62,506 nucleotides of DNA from SAR324 cluster bacterium (GTDB taxonomy: Bacteria; SAR324; NAC60-12). The stretch lies in NCBI GenBank assembly GCA_028282505.1, contig JANQHV010000129.1, forward strand, positions 1-62,506, written 5' to 3'. Below, piece after piece: positions 49,401-58,173 of the stretch; within the stretch, counting starts at the first letter, position 1, and each line of letters starts with the position of its first letter. The notes beneath the pieces were generated by a model, which was not told the origin of the DNA, did no database searches, and saw only the letters and a list, made by a program, of their open reading frames with translations. The translations under genes were made by a program, and so were the position numbers.

Positions 49401-50594
49401 AAAGTCAGGCTATACTCTGTTGTAGATTCTGGTGTTTCTCGACTCGTTTTAGGAGACCCCATTCGTTTGAAACAAATCTTGAATAATCTAGTTAATAACG
49501 CCATCAAGTTCACAAAAAAAGGAGAAATCTCTCTCACGGTCAACATGGTATTGAAGGATTCTCCTTATGTGAATCTTTTATTCAAAGTACGGGATACTGG
49601 TATTGGGATACCTCCAGATCAAATCCAATCTCTATTTGAAGAATTTTCTCAAATTGATTCTTCCCTCATTCGTCAAACTGGTGGAACTGGATTAGGGCTC
49701 CCCATTTGTCAAAAGTTACTTCGCTTAATGGATAGTGAATTATTGGTTGAAAGTCAGGAAGGAGTGGGTAGTGAATTTTACTTTACTCTTCCATTTTTTC
49801 AAACTCCTGAAGTAAATGTGGTTACTGATATTAGCGATACATCATCTCATGCCCTTAAAACGATTGAGCAAACATCAAAGAATGAGATTCTATTAGCCGA
49901 AGACAATCAAATCAACCAAATGGTTGCTAAAGACATGCTACAAACCTTAGGCTATTCGGTAGATACCGTTTCTAACGGACAGGAAGCTCTCACTCAACTG
50001 AAAAAGAAAAATTACGGTTTGATTTTGATGGATATTCATATGCCAGTCATGGATGGAATCACTGCAACTAAACATATTATCCAAAATTATCCTGAAGAAA
50101 ATCGTCCTGTTATCATAGCCTTGACTGCTGATGCATTGCCTGAAGAGAAAAAAAGGTATCTTCAGGAAGGGGTAGATCATTACCTGAGTAAGCCACTTGA
50201 CTTGAATGCACTTAAGGCTCTGCTACAAAATTACAGCGTATCTAACGGTATGATTAAGAAGGATTTAACTATGAAACATTCTTTAATCGATTCATCCACC
50301 CTCAATAAATTAGATCCTAATTTGAGGAATCAGCTGATTGAGGTATTTGAAGAACAATCCCCAGCATTGATTGAAGCTATTAAACAAGCTGCTGTTGAGC
50401 ATGATAGTTACACAATAAAAGAAAAAGCTCACTCCTTGAAGGGTAGTGCTTTAGCCTTCGGGGCCACAAATTTAATACAGATTTGTGCTTCTCTGCAAAA
50501 AAGAGGAGAAACAAACAACTTAGAAGGGATGGAGTCCGAATTGATTCAATTGCAGAAAATTTATGAGCAAACCCTGCAAACTTTGCAAAAATAA
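46437..50594 (+). CDS. Giant multi-domain kinase: REC, HisKA-HATPase, REC, cNMP-binding, PAS, HisKA-HATPase, REC, Hpt
   Basis: H-box 1 HHEIHTPLN (His codon 47001-47003) with NLVDNAIKF / DEGIGI / GTGIGL. H-box 2 SHEIRTPMN (His codon 49146-49148) with NLVNNAIKF / DTGIGI / GGTGLGL. Three receivers each have MD(L/I)xMPxMDG. cNMP-like GDIFGEMSIIN. Hpt AHSLKGSA (His codon 50430-50432). Confidence 0.9.
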   Translation: MKMMKNDTSPLPSPLLGSRLLIVEDNMDVRGLLCAILEDTPHHIEVAADGQEALEKWKKSFSNQPYDLMTIDLNMPRMDGKTLIHEIRKIDNEIAMIVFTGYGELPDALTLLQNYQIFDFLHKPLKHPSQLLFSVANALEKRRLSLELKEENAHLKQYVEERTADLQIPQLPAESTQKSKMNFLTNMHHEIHTPLNAIIGFSKLITRQAPTLNLPQETQRYLENITTEGKRLNELLDNMLTLSKLETGTLTVQYEDLNLKQLIEGIFHMSKSKAADKQLDFTYHWDPLLPEKISCDRTFLNKLLMNLVDNAIKFTNPGKMISLEAWKQKDQLLLRVIDEGIGIPQDKLDVIFQNFERIDKSNSCSGTGIGLSVSQKIGVLLGGNLKVESHLGEGSMFSFSLPLKSLVSQQSPEQSAPHHKNFAKDNIIVLVEDNKVNQMLVKALFKELGLTIQIAENGKIGVEMIQTLCEEKRVPDLVLMDLNMPEMDGLTAIKILQQQKKLKDMPIVILSADKQHEKEDLAKEAGASDYLAKPLDFNKFFPLLVQYLRSEHEDTASSTTVPSPSGKHNINADDAKKTTNLEQILYSENQNILSYLQQSRIFDELPQEIIQKLIPLSKIQDFSAGEVILEQGTTNDQIYILLRGIVGVYVDSNKILQLRRVGDIFGEMSIINEQPCSSSILAENHVRLLSLKSQFIGRYSEMTSEKLQNLLYRLFAKILSDKLALTTNKAKQYESAHQQLLKEIDSHRQLANKFKESEEQYRAFYHKTPAMLHSIDKQGKLLSVSQYWLEKMGYQLQEVIGTNISAYLTEESQVIAKEDTIPRLIQEGNVKEVAYQFVKKNGEIIDIELSAIAKYNSDGEFESSWSTLYDVTDRKKTEHDLILAKEEAVRATRAKSYFLATMSHEIRTPMNGVLGTTQLLSKTQLNADQQKYVHALLTSGQQLLCTINDILDYSKLEANKLTLIEEPFNPSVCVKEVIEMMKSHAKEKKVRLYSVVDSGVSRLVLGDPIRLKQILNNLVNNAIKFTKKGEISLTVNMVLKDSPYVNLLFKVRDTGIGIPPDQIQSLFEEFSQIDSSLIRQTGGTGLGLPICQKLLRLMDSELLVESQEGVGSEFYFTLPFFQTPEVNVVTDISDTSSHALKTIEQTSKNEILLAEDNQINQMVAKDMLQTLGYSVDTVSNGQEALTQLKKKNYGLILMDIHMPVMDGITATKHIIQNYPEENRPVIIALTADALPEEKKRYLQEGVDHYLSKPLDLNALKALLQNYSVSNGMIKKDLTMKHSLIDSSTLNKLDPNLRNQLIEVFEEQSPALIEAIKQAAVEHDSYTIKEKAHSLKGSALAFGATNLIQICASLQKRGETNNLEGMESELIQLQKIYEQTLQTLQK

Positions 50595-50717
50595 GTTCAA
50601 TATATGAATAGCATTGAGTAATTTTGTTTGTAAATAATAAGAATGAGAAACTATGGATATTCTTTTGGCTTTTGACGAGGTTGACAAATCTTTAGAAAAG
50701 AAGTAGGCTTTTTAAAA

Positions 50718-50793
50718 GCCCATGTAGCTCAGCTGGTAGAGCAGCTCATTCGTAATGAGCAGGTCGCAGGTTCAAGTCCCGTCGTGGGCTCCA
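50718..50793 (+). tRNA. tRNA-Thr (anticodon CGT), CCA encoded
   Basis: GCCCATG acceptor stem pairs with CGTGGGC. D-arm AGCTCAGCTGGTAGAGC, anticodon stem-loop GCTCA-TTCGTAA-TGAGC, T-arm GCAGGTTCAAGTCCCGT. Closely resembles canonical bacterial tRNA-Thr(CGU). Confidence 0.9.
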
Positions 50794-50854
50794 TGATCCT
50801 TGCCTTGGGCATTAGCCGCCTTTCATTCATTCACCCAATTCATGCTTAATTCCA

Positions 50855-51319
50855 ATGCTCACATTTCTACGCAAAATGATGAAATCACTTTTTGTTTCCA
50901 AAGGAGAAGAAATCAAAATATACAAATATGCCTGTGACGAGCTGGTCAACAAATATGAAGTCTTGCTCAAACAAATTTCGGAATATATGCAAGAAAATCA
51001 ACTGCCCCTTCGGGCTTTTGAGCAAAATGGTCAAATTCCAGAGCATGACTTCCCTGAAGACTTTCACTTGAATACATTTTCCCTGTTAACCATCAAAGAT
51101 CAGCTGATTGAAATCACCCACGAATGTGAAGAATTGCTCAATCAAGGCAGCACCCGTTTATCGAACTATTCTTCACATGAACAAACCATCAAGGCTTTAC
51201 TAACTCAACTGAGGGAACTCCGCAAATATTCAGAACAGATTGAGGGAGCTCTGGGAGAATTTGAAGATAAGCTGTTAAAAATGGAAGAAGTATTAGCAGA
51301 AAATTCTTTATGCAACTAG
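50855..51319 (+). CDS. Hypothetical helical protein
   Basis: 154-aa ORF downstream of the tRNA. No motif recognised. Confidence 0.45.
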   Translation: MLTFLRKMMKSLFVSKGEEIKIYKYACDELVNKYEVLLKQISEYMQENQLPLRAFEQNGQIPEHDFPEDFHLNTFSLLTIKDQLIEITHECEELLNQGSTRLSNYSSHEQTIKALLTQLRELRKYSEQIEGALGEFEDKLLKMEEVLAENSLCN

Positions 51320-51463
51320 CACAGGCAATGTTTATTTACTGAATTCTTTGGAAACATCCTGCCATACATTGAAAATATTCAGGCCTCAGCCAGAGTCTGC
51401 ATATCTTTCTAGCTTTTCATGAAATGACAAGCAGTCCGGTTCAACAAAACCTGATTCACATCA

Positions 51464-51724
51464 CTACAGGTGTTTATTCCTCTGAAAAAGTAGCCTGTCT
51501 CGCACCCTTGTATAAGACTTACTGACCATGTTCGTGTAGGGTTGCGTGATTTGTATCATATTGGACACTAAATTTTTGTTCGATAAATTCCAATTTTTTG
51601 GTATATCTTCACGATACAATTTAGCTAAATCTTTTTGAAATTTTTTACACTCTTTTGCAAAATAGTCCGAAACCTGTATAGTGGCCAAACTCATCCAGTT
51701 TTGAGGTTTTGATGAATGTTTCAT
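51464..51724 (-). CDS. Hypothetical small protein
   Basis: ORF with an internal ATG at 51724 preceded by GAGAGGA. No motif recognised. Confidence 0.3.
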   Translation of the reverse strand: MKHSSKPQNWMSLATIQVSDYFAKECKKFQKDLAKLYREDIPKNWNLSNKNLVSNMIQITQPYTNMVSKSYTRVRDRLLFQRNKHL

Positions 51725-52057
51725 ATCGTTCCTCTCTGTGCAAAAAGTATAGTATCGCAACAAAGGTATGTCTTGATGTCTTCTTTTAATCATAATCTTA
51801 GCAAAGGTTGCCCCCTCTAATCTTACTCAAAAATAAGGATTAAGAGTTAAGATTAAGAGAACTTATAAACAGAGCAAAGATAATCCCAAAACAAACCAAA
51901 GTCACACCATTATACAACAAAATTAGAGTACATCCTTCTAATCAGGATAATGTGTCTATCCATCTTTAGCAAGGAATAATTGATTTGTTTGAAATGATGC
52001 GCTACATCATTAACAGAGAGTATTCGATTGATAACTTTGGTTCAGTAGGAAAAGAAA

Positions 52058-52810
52058 ATGGAGAAAGAAACAACCCCACAAAATTTATTTGAAAGAGAAG
52101 TCCGCAACATGTCTTTTATCATCATTGAAAACAATGCTGTACTTCGACGCACAATGATTCGCCTCCTCAAAGAGGCTGGAGTGACTCAAATTGTAGAAGC
52201 GGACACTGGCAAAGAGGGAATGATGGCATTGAAAGCGAATCGAAATATTGGTGTGATCATTCACTCTGATCAATTACCCGATTTAGACAGCCATAAATTT
52301 TTGCAAAGTCTGGGACAAGATAAAAAATTTGAATCCACAACATTGGTCTTAGTCTCTTCCAACAGCGAAAAAGGAAACATTCAAAAATCTATTGCCTGGG
52401 GAGTAGACGGTTACATTGTCAAACCATTTCCCCTGCCTGAATTAAAAAATAAAATCGAAGCTGCCATTGCAATGCGCCAGAAAAGATTGGCCCTGAAAGA
52501 TTTACATGTCAAATTGGAGGTAGGCGTTAAATTGAATATCGGAGGAAACCAGGTAGAAGGCACATGCATTGAACTCGCCCGTCAAGAATGCCAGATTGTG
52601 GTTGAAGAAGATCCCGGTATTGGTACTCGTCTTCAATTGCAACTCCCGCATTTGAAAGAAGCATCAGCCTGGTATGACCCCATTCCTGGTGCGGTGGCTT
52701 CAGGCAAACGAGTCCCGCAAGGACATCTACTCAAAATGCGCTTTCGAGGAAAGCCCGCAAAATCTCAGGGCATTCTTGCATGCATCAACCATTATGCTAA
52801 TTCACAATAG
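52058..52810 (+). CDS. Response-regulator receiver protein with uncharacterised beta-rich C-terminal domain
   Basis: Receiver features are present (IHSD acceptor context, VSSNS, VKPF), but the N-terminal acidic pair is EN (IIIENN). The ~100-aa C-terminal part lacks clear PilZ motifs. Confidence 0.65.
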   Translation: MEKETTPQNLFEREVRNMSFIIIENNAVLRRTMIRLLKEAGVTQIVEADTGKEGMMALKANRNIGVIIHSDQLPDLDSHKFLQSLGQDKKFESTTLVLVSSNSEKGNIQKSIAWGVDGYIVKPFPLPELKNKIEAAIAMRQKRLALKDLHVKLEVGVKLNIGGNQVEGTCIELARQECQIVVEEDPGIGTRLQLQLPHLKEASAWYDPIPGAVASGKRVPQGHLLKMRFRGKPAKSQGILACINHYANSQ

Positions 52811-52813
52811 GGC

Positions 52814-53947
52814 TTAAAATCGAGCACTTGCGCCAAAATTCAACCGATATTCAGAAAAAGTATTCGTTTGATCGGTTTCTTCTTTGTACGCAAAAAAGGC
52901 GTGCAGCCGGTAATTCTGGTTACCATCTTTGGGAAAGTATTCCGTTCCCAGTTCAATTTCATTGCCGCCAGTGTCTTTCTCTGTCGTCGTGACAGGTCTG
53001 GTCGAATCATAAATCCATTTGATAAAAGGACTGAACTGCTCACCTTCTCGTTTTCCATGTATGATGATAGAAGTGTTATCTTCTGCCTTATGTTTCGTTG
53101 AGCCAGAGGTATGGGCATCCTGGTATTGGTTGAGAGCATCCATTTCTATGAGATAGTTATCCAAATTGACGAGGACTCCCAGTGAAAAGAAAATTTCCTG
53201 ATAAGACGTTTGACTGACCTCCCGTTGGCCTGTTGTTTCATCCTGCGTTCGTTCTTGGGCATGAGGAAAAATGCCATATTGGACAATGGGTTCAATCAGT
53301 CCATCAGCAAAACTGCCATACCAGGCAAAATTGTAGACCAGCATATATTGATTTTCACTACTGCCCTGTGTCTGATTAAAAACTTGCCCAACAATGGTCT
53401 GTCCTTGCATGGCCGGCCCAAATTTTCCCAAATCATAAAACGTGCTGACTCCCACTTCATAAAAATCCTGGATACGTTCCCCCAATTGTGAGTACTGAAA
53501 AACATCAATAGGATTGTGTACCCCCTCTCGTCCTCCCTGCAAGATACGATGTTTGCCTATACGAAACTGTAGTGCGGGACTCGATTGATATTTGAGGTAC
53601 CAATACTCCAGCCCCATCCCAGTATTGTCATCCTGTGGTTCAAAGCTTTGATTCCAGCGAACCCGTAAGCGATACCCCAACTGATCATCCATCTTGCCTG
53701 TCATATTTAAATGCGCCCTTTTTACAAGAAAGCGGAATGTTGGCCGAGAAAGGTTGACATCATCTTCATCATCACTGTCTTGCCACTGAAGATCAGTACG
53801 AAATTCTGCTCCAATCTTCGGCAGTTGTTGAGCCCATAAGACGGTACTGCTGAGAGCAAACATCATTATGCTACAGAGGAAACATTGGAAAGGTTGGATT
53901 TTGACACAGAAAGTAACCATGTTTTGGTTGTTGTTCAACAAATACAT
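52814..53947 (-). CDS. Putative outer-membrane beta-barrel/porin-like protein
   Basis: Hydrophobic signal-like N-terminus (..MMFALSSTVLWAQQ), alternating aromatic/polar strand pattern, C-terminal ...GASARF. The start codon is uncertain. Confidence 0.45.
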   Translation of the reverse strand: MYLLNNNQNMVTFCVKIQPFQCFLCSIMMFALSSTVLWAQQLPKIGAEFRTDLQWQDSDDEDDVNLSRPTFRFLVKRAHLNMTGKMDDQLGYRLRVRWNQSFEPQDDNTGMGLEYWYLKYQSSPALQFRIGKHRILQGGREGVHNPIDVFQYSQLGERIQDFYEVGVSTFYDLGKFGPAMQGQTIVGQVFNQTQGSSENQYMLVYNFAWYGSFADGLIEPIVQYGIFPHAQERTQDETTGQREVSQTSYQEIFFSLGVLVNLDNYLIEMDALNQYQDAHTSGSTKHKAEDNTSIIIHGKREGEQFSPFIKWIYDSTRPVTTTEKDTGGNEIELGTEYFPKDGNQNYRLHAFFAYKEETDQTNTFSEYRLNFGASARF

Positions 53948-53958
53948 AATTCCTCATA

Positions 53959-54474
53959 TTAAGATGATGCTAATGTCTTCAGATAACATTGGTACACGGG
54001 TTCCCCAAAACATACAAAAATGACTCTTTCCAGCAAAGAGCTTTTTTGAAGAAAATTCATGGCTTCCCTGATAGCAATCTGTGTGGCGTTTTCAATTGGA
54101 TAACCATACACTCCCGTGCTAATAGCGGGAAATGCGATTGTCTTAACTTGATGAGCTTCTGACAAAGCAAAACAATTCTGATAACAAGATGCCAATTGCT
54201 CAGCTTCACCTTGTGTTCCTCCATGCCAGACAGGCCCCACGGTATGAATCACATACTCGGTTGGCAAACGATAACCTTTCGTTATTTTGGCCTCTCCTGT
54301 CAAACATCCATTGAGCTGGCGGCATTCTTCCAATAAATCAGGACCAGCAGCACGATGAATTGCACCATCCACCCCTCCTCCGCCTAACAAAGAATTATTA
54401 GCAGCATTGACAATGGCTTCAACCTCTAGTTTTGTGATATCCCCCTGGATGATCTGAATTTTTTCTTTCCCCAT
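53959..54474 (-). CDS. Macro-domain protein (O-acetyl-ADP-ribose deacetylase, YmdB-like)
   Basis: [37 protein letters not shown] and ISTGVYGYP. Confidence 0.9.
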   Translation of the reverse strand: MGKEKIQIIQGDITKLEVEAIVNAANNSLLGGGGVDGAIHRAAGPDLLEECRQLNGCLTGEAKITKGYRLPTEYVIHTVGPVWHGGTQGEAEQLASCYQNCFALSEAHQVKTIAFPAISTGVYGYPIENATQIAIREAMNFLQKSSLLERVIFVCFGEPVYQCYLKTLASS

Positions 54475-54669
54475 ATTCTTCCTTTATCTTGCTGGTTGAT
54501 TCATAAAAATGATATGAGAAATACTCTACCTACTTATGAAAGAGAGCATTGAGCAGGAGCATTATATGCATGATAATATCCATATAAAGTATAGCAAAGG
54601 ATATACCCATAAAGATCCGTTGTTAGGAAATTCTATAAATTCACTGTGTTAAATTATTAAGGATGAGCA

Positions 54670-55257
54670 ATGAAGCCTCTTATACAAACCATTTGCCTAT
54701 TATTCATGTTTGGTATCTTAACAACCATCCAGGTCTTTGCTGGAGAAAAAGAAAACCAGTTCATTCAGGCAGTAACAGCTGGTGACATGGCTCAAATAGA
54801 AAAGCTTTTAGAGCAAAAAGTAAAAATCGATGCCAAAGATGATCACAATAGAACCGCTTTGGTTTCAGCACTACAGAAAAAACATTCTGCTGTGGCCAAG
54901 TTATTGATCGACAAAGGAGCATCCGTTAACTTATCCAGCAACTCCGTCACGCCCCTCATTGCGGCTGCCTGGACTGGTAATCTGGAACTGACCAAAATTT
55001 TGCTGGAAAAAGGAGCCCACGTGAACGCTTCAAATGCACATGGTCTCACTCCGTTACTGGCTGCTGCGGGTAAAGGTCACACGGCTCTTGTAAAAATGCT
55101 ACTCACTCATGGTGCCAAAGTGAACGTTATCAATACTTACGGGCTCACCCCCTTGAAAGCTGCTCGCAATGGAGGATTCACTCCTATTGTGAAACTCCTG
55201 GAAGAAAAAATCGCAACAAACGCAACGACTGGTCAAAAAAAAGACAAAAAACAATAA
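54670..55257 (+). CDS. Secreted ankyrin-repeat protein
   Basis: Signal peptide, then about four ankyrin repeats (TPLIAAAWTGNLELTKILLEKGAHVN, TPLLAAAGKGHTALVKMLLTHGAKVN, and others). Confidence 0.85.
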   Translation: MKPLIQTICLLFMFGILTTIQVFAGEKENQFIQAVTAGDMAQIEKLLEQKVKIDAKDDHNRTALVSALQKKHSAVAKLLIDKGASVNLSSNSVTPLIAAAWTGNLELTKILLEKGAHVNASNAHGLTPLLAAAGKGHTALVKMLLTHGAKVNVINTYGLTPLKAARNGGFTPIVKLLEEKIATNATTGQKKDKKQ

Positions 55258-55262
55258 GACTC

Positions 55263-55718
55263 ATGAAAGAACCTTTTAGTTATTTTGCCCCTGATGTAGA
55301 AATTGAAGGAAAAATTGTCAGTGAAGGACCGGTACGATTTGATGGAATATGTTGGGGAACCATCGAGGGAAAGGCCCGTGTCATCATTGGTACATCGGCA
55401 CAGATCTATGGTGAAATTCAAGCACAGTCCATGATCATCAATGGCATCATTGAAGGAGACCTGACTTCATCACAATCAATTGCAATCCTCTCCCAGGGAA
55501 AAATTGTAGGGGAAATCACTGCACCCCCAGGAGGAATATCTATTTCCAAAGGAGGAAACTTCCAGGGAGCTTTACGATCTCATTCCACTTCAGAATTACC
55601 AAAACTGGAAGATTTAAGAACCAGTCAGCAGTCAATGAATCCAACAGAAAATACAAACTCCTCCGCCGATACCAGTCCACAGCACCAAGACTCCAAAGAC
55701 ATTTCTGAAAAAAAATAA
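55263..55718 (+). CDS. Bactofilin-family polymer-forming protein
   Basis: Repetitive beta-helix pattern (VEIEGKIVSEGPVRFDGICWGTIEGKARVIIGTSAQIYGEIQAQSMIINGIIEGDL...) with a disordered polar tail. Lies 5 nt after the ankyrin gene. Confidence 0.8.
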   Translation: MKEPFSYFAPDVEIEGKIVSEGPVRFDGICWGTIEGKARVIIGTSAQIYGEIQAQSMIINGIIEGDLTSSQSIAILSQGKIVGEITAPPGGISISKGGNFQGALRSHSTSELPKLEDLRTSQQSMNPTENTNSSADTSPQHQDSKDISEKK

Positions 55719-55719
55719 A

Positions 55720-56376
55720 TCATGCAGCAGCAATTGCTTTTTTAGCCGTTGAGGCAATTGCGTTACTAGAATTTTGCGCTGCCTTTATGGCTGCAATCGC
55801 TTGTTTGTTATTGAGGGCTGTTTCCACTTTCTGGCTGGCAGCAAGCTCTTTGGCAGGATCGGCTTGATTGTCTTTTGTGACAACTCCTTGCTGTTTTCCA
55901 TCAGGACCATAAGTCTTTGACGACTGTTCGTTCTTCTTTTCCATCAGTTCAACAAATTTCGGATGCTTTAACAAAGCAAAAACTTTTGTAGCAGTTTCTT
56001 TATCTTCCAGACCTTCCTGAATTTTTTCAGGAATTTCAGATGCTGTTTTTACTTCAAAAGCTTTTGCTTCTGCCAGTCCTGCTATCAATTTTCGATCACT
56101 CTCTTTTGCTTCTTCGAGACGAACAGCAATGGCTTTTGTAAAACCTTCCAGTGCTTTTTCAGGCAGTTCCTCTTTTTTTATCATATTTTCCAGACGGGAC
56201 AACACCTTCAAATACATAGATGTTTGCTCTGCTGTCTTTTGTTCCGTTGATGCTGCTACTTTTTCTATGCTTTTTTTCTGTTGTTCAGCCTGGTCCACTT
56301 TTCCTGTTTTGACTTCCTTATTGTGTGAAGCATTTGCCTGATCCTTTGTGGACACTACGGTATTTTGAACCTGCAT
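55720..56376 (-). CDS. Hypothetical Ala/Lys/Glu/Gln-rich protein
   Basis: 218-aa ORF 81 nt downstream of the FGE-domain gene on the same strand. No TM segment or known motif. Confidence 0.5.
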   Translation of the reverse strand: MQVQNTVVSTKDQANASHNKEVKTGKVDQAEQQKKSIEKVAASTEQKTAEQTSMYLKVLSRLENMIKKEELPEKALEGFTKAIAVRLEEAKESDRKLIAGLAEAKAFEVKTASEIPEKIQEGLEDKETATKVFALLKHPKFVELMEKKNEQSSKTYGPDGKQQGVVTKDNQADPAKELAASQKVETALNNKQAIAAIKAAQNSSNAIASTAKKAIAAA

Positions 56377-56457
56377 ACGTACCTTTCATCACCAATTAAT
56401 TGTTCGAAGTAGCGATCATCTTCCAAGGAAGAAATACAATAATCAGGCCAAATTGAT

Positions 56458-57870
56458 TTAGTTTCGCAAACGTCCTCCTTCAGGATGAGTATAGGCCGCA
56501 CAGCGAAATCCAACATCAACACTCGTATTGATTGGTGAATCATCTCCTCTCATGGAAACACGCAAATGAGACGCAGGACTCCTCCAGGATCCTCCGCGCA
56601 GGACACGATATTTACCTCGTGTCGGCCCTTGTGGATTTTCTGACCGACCTTTCGGATAGCTGGCATACCAATCATAAATCCATTCCCAAACATTGCCCTG
56701 CATGTCATGAAGTTGAAACTTATTGGGCAATCTAGCAGCAACCAGATGTGCACTACTTTCTGCATTCGCATTATACCAGGCATAGGCTGTCAACTCTGCT
56801 GAAGCATCCAATGCATAATCTGTAAATGTTCCAGCACGCACGGCCTTTTCCCACTCGGCCTCTGAAGGCAGGCGTTTTCCAATGGATTGGCAATAATATC
56901 TGGCTGCAAACCAAGAAACATAAGTAACTGGATAATTGTCACGATTGACGGGAGGTTTTAAATCACTTCCCCAGTTTCTCAGATAATCCCCATCATGAAA
57001 TTGCCGGGGAAATGTACTTTTTCTCAGATGTGGATCTTTGGCAACATATCTCAAATAATCGATGTTAGTCACTTCACAGCGATCAATCCAAAATGGATCT
57101 AGGCTGACAGCACGTGCTTTTTTTTCATCTGGTCGGCCTTTGTCATTTCCCATGATAAACGCCCCACCAGGAATAAATACCATTCCATTGTCAATAAGGA
57201 TTCCTCCTATCTTCCCAGATGTTGAACATGGAGAATCGAGCACATTTTCGTCAAGAAACGCAATATCCGTTTCTTCAGGAAAAAGTTTTTTTCCCAGATT
57301 TTCCAACACATGTTTATATAATCGGATCAGATTGGGCTCCCAATCAGTAACACGCTCTATCATGCCTCGTTCATCTTTGCCACATTTTGCTTTTTCCTCA
57401 AAACATTTGATTTTTTGTTCAATCCATTTCTTCATAGGCTCCCGGGCGTCTTGAATTTCGATTTCCCGCAACAACAAAGGCTCTAATTTGAAATACATTT
57501 TTTCAAACACATCTCGATTTGCAACGCCATTTCTCGCCATATCAATGATTTCATCATAACGTTGGCAAAAATCCTGTTGATCAGCAGGAACGTTTTCTAC
57601 CTTTTTATTACGACGATTCGAACACAATTTGGTATCCCGTGGCTTTTTGATGCTAAGATACGCAACAAAAATCTTAAAACGCAATTGAGTGATCATATGC
57701 AGAAGTGGATAACGCTCTCCTTGCGCAACAAAACCTACAAAATCCTTCACGGATTGTTCCGCAAATTCTTCTGCCATCTTATGGAACAATTCATTGCCCA
57801 TCACTATTTGTGGCCATAATAACAATCCCAACAAACAAGAACCATAATACCATTTTATCCATCGCTTCAT
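56458..57870 (-). CDS. FGE-sulfatase (SUMF1/C-type-lectin-fold) domain protein with unknown N-terminal domain
   Basis: C-terminal half has FWIDRCEVTN, YVSWF.A..YC, LPSEAEWEKA, NVWEW, RVLRGGSW, GFRCA. ATG 57870 gives a signal-like MKRWIKWYYGSCLLGLLLW. Confidence 0.85.
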   Translation of the reverse strand: MKRWIKWYYGSCLLGLLLWPQIVMGNELFHKMAEEFAEQSVKDFVGFVAQGERYPLLHMITQLRFKIFVAYLSIKKPRDTKLCSNRRNKKVENVPADQQDFCQRYDEIIDMARNGVANRDVFEKMYFKLEPLLLREIEIQDAREPMKKWIEQKIKCFEEKAKCGKDERGMIERVTDWEPNLIRLYKHVLENLGKKLFPEETDIAFLDENVLDSPCSTSGKIGGILIDNGMVFIPGGAFIMGNDKGRPDEKKARAVSLDPFWIDRCEVTNIDYLRYVAKDPHLRKSTFPRQFHDGDYLRNWGSDLKPPVNRDNYPVTYVSWFAARYYCQSIGKRLPSEAEWEKAVRAGTFTDYALDASAELTAYAWYNANAESSAHLVAARLPNKFQLHDMQGNVWEWIYDWYASYPKGRSENPQGPTRGKYRVLRGGSWRSPASHLRVSMRGDDSPINTSVDVGFRCAAYTHPEGGRLRN

Positions 57871-58173
57871 AAAAATTTTCCTCAAAACTATCAGCAAGAA
57901 TATTTTTCTCTCAAGGAGAAATTTACAGTAACCCAGGGTCAACCAAGTGATATCCTGGGGTAAATAATAGTAAGGTATCATCCATGTGTCAATTCGTCAA
58001 AGCCCCCACAACACCCAGGCACATGACATGAATGAGAGGATTCACTTGAGTAATCGTTGAAAGCTCCGTAAAATCGTTGAAAAAATTGATAAATAGTCAA
58101 AAATTCAACAGGTTTTAAAAACCATCAAAAGGCATCAAAAAACCACACAACAACCACGATCACAAAGCAACAA

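Noticed and set aside
50794-52057. Genomic island integrated at tRNA-Thr
   Set aside because: There is no integrase, no recognisable direct repeat of the tRNA 3' end, and only two small orphan ORFs. It is kept as a low-interest note only.
52500-52810. PilZ (c-di-GMP-binding) assignment for the C-terminal half of the receiver protein
   Set aside because: The diagnostic RxxxR and (D/N)xSxxG motifs are not visible, so only a generic beta-rich domain can be claimed.
56458-56640. Diversity-generating retroelement (DGR) targeting the C-terminal FGE/C-type-lectin domains (also 60333-60520)
   Set aside because: FGE-sulfatase domains are frequent DGR targets. However, the window has no reverse transcriptase ORF, and I found no template repeat. 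The 3' ends of the two genes are not similar to each other or to any intergenic segment at the nucleotide level.
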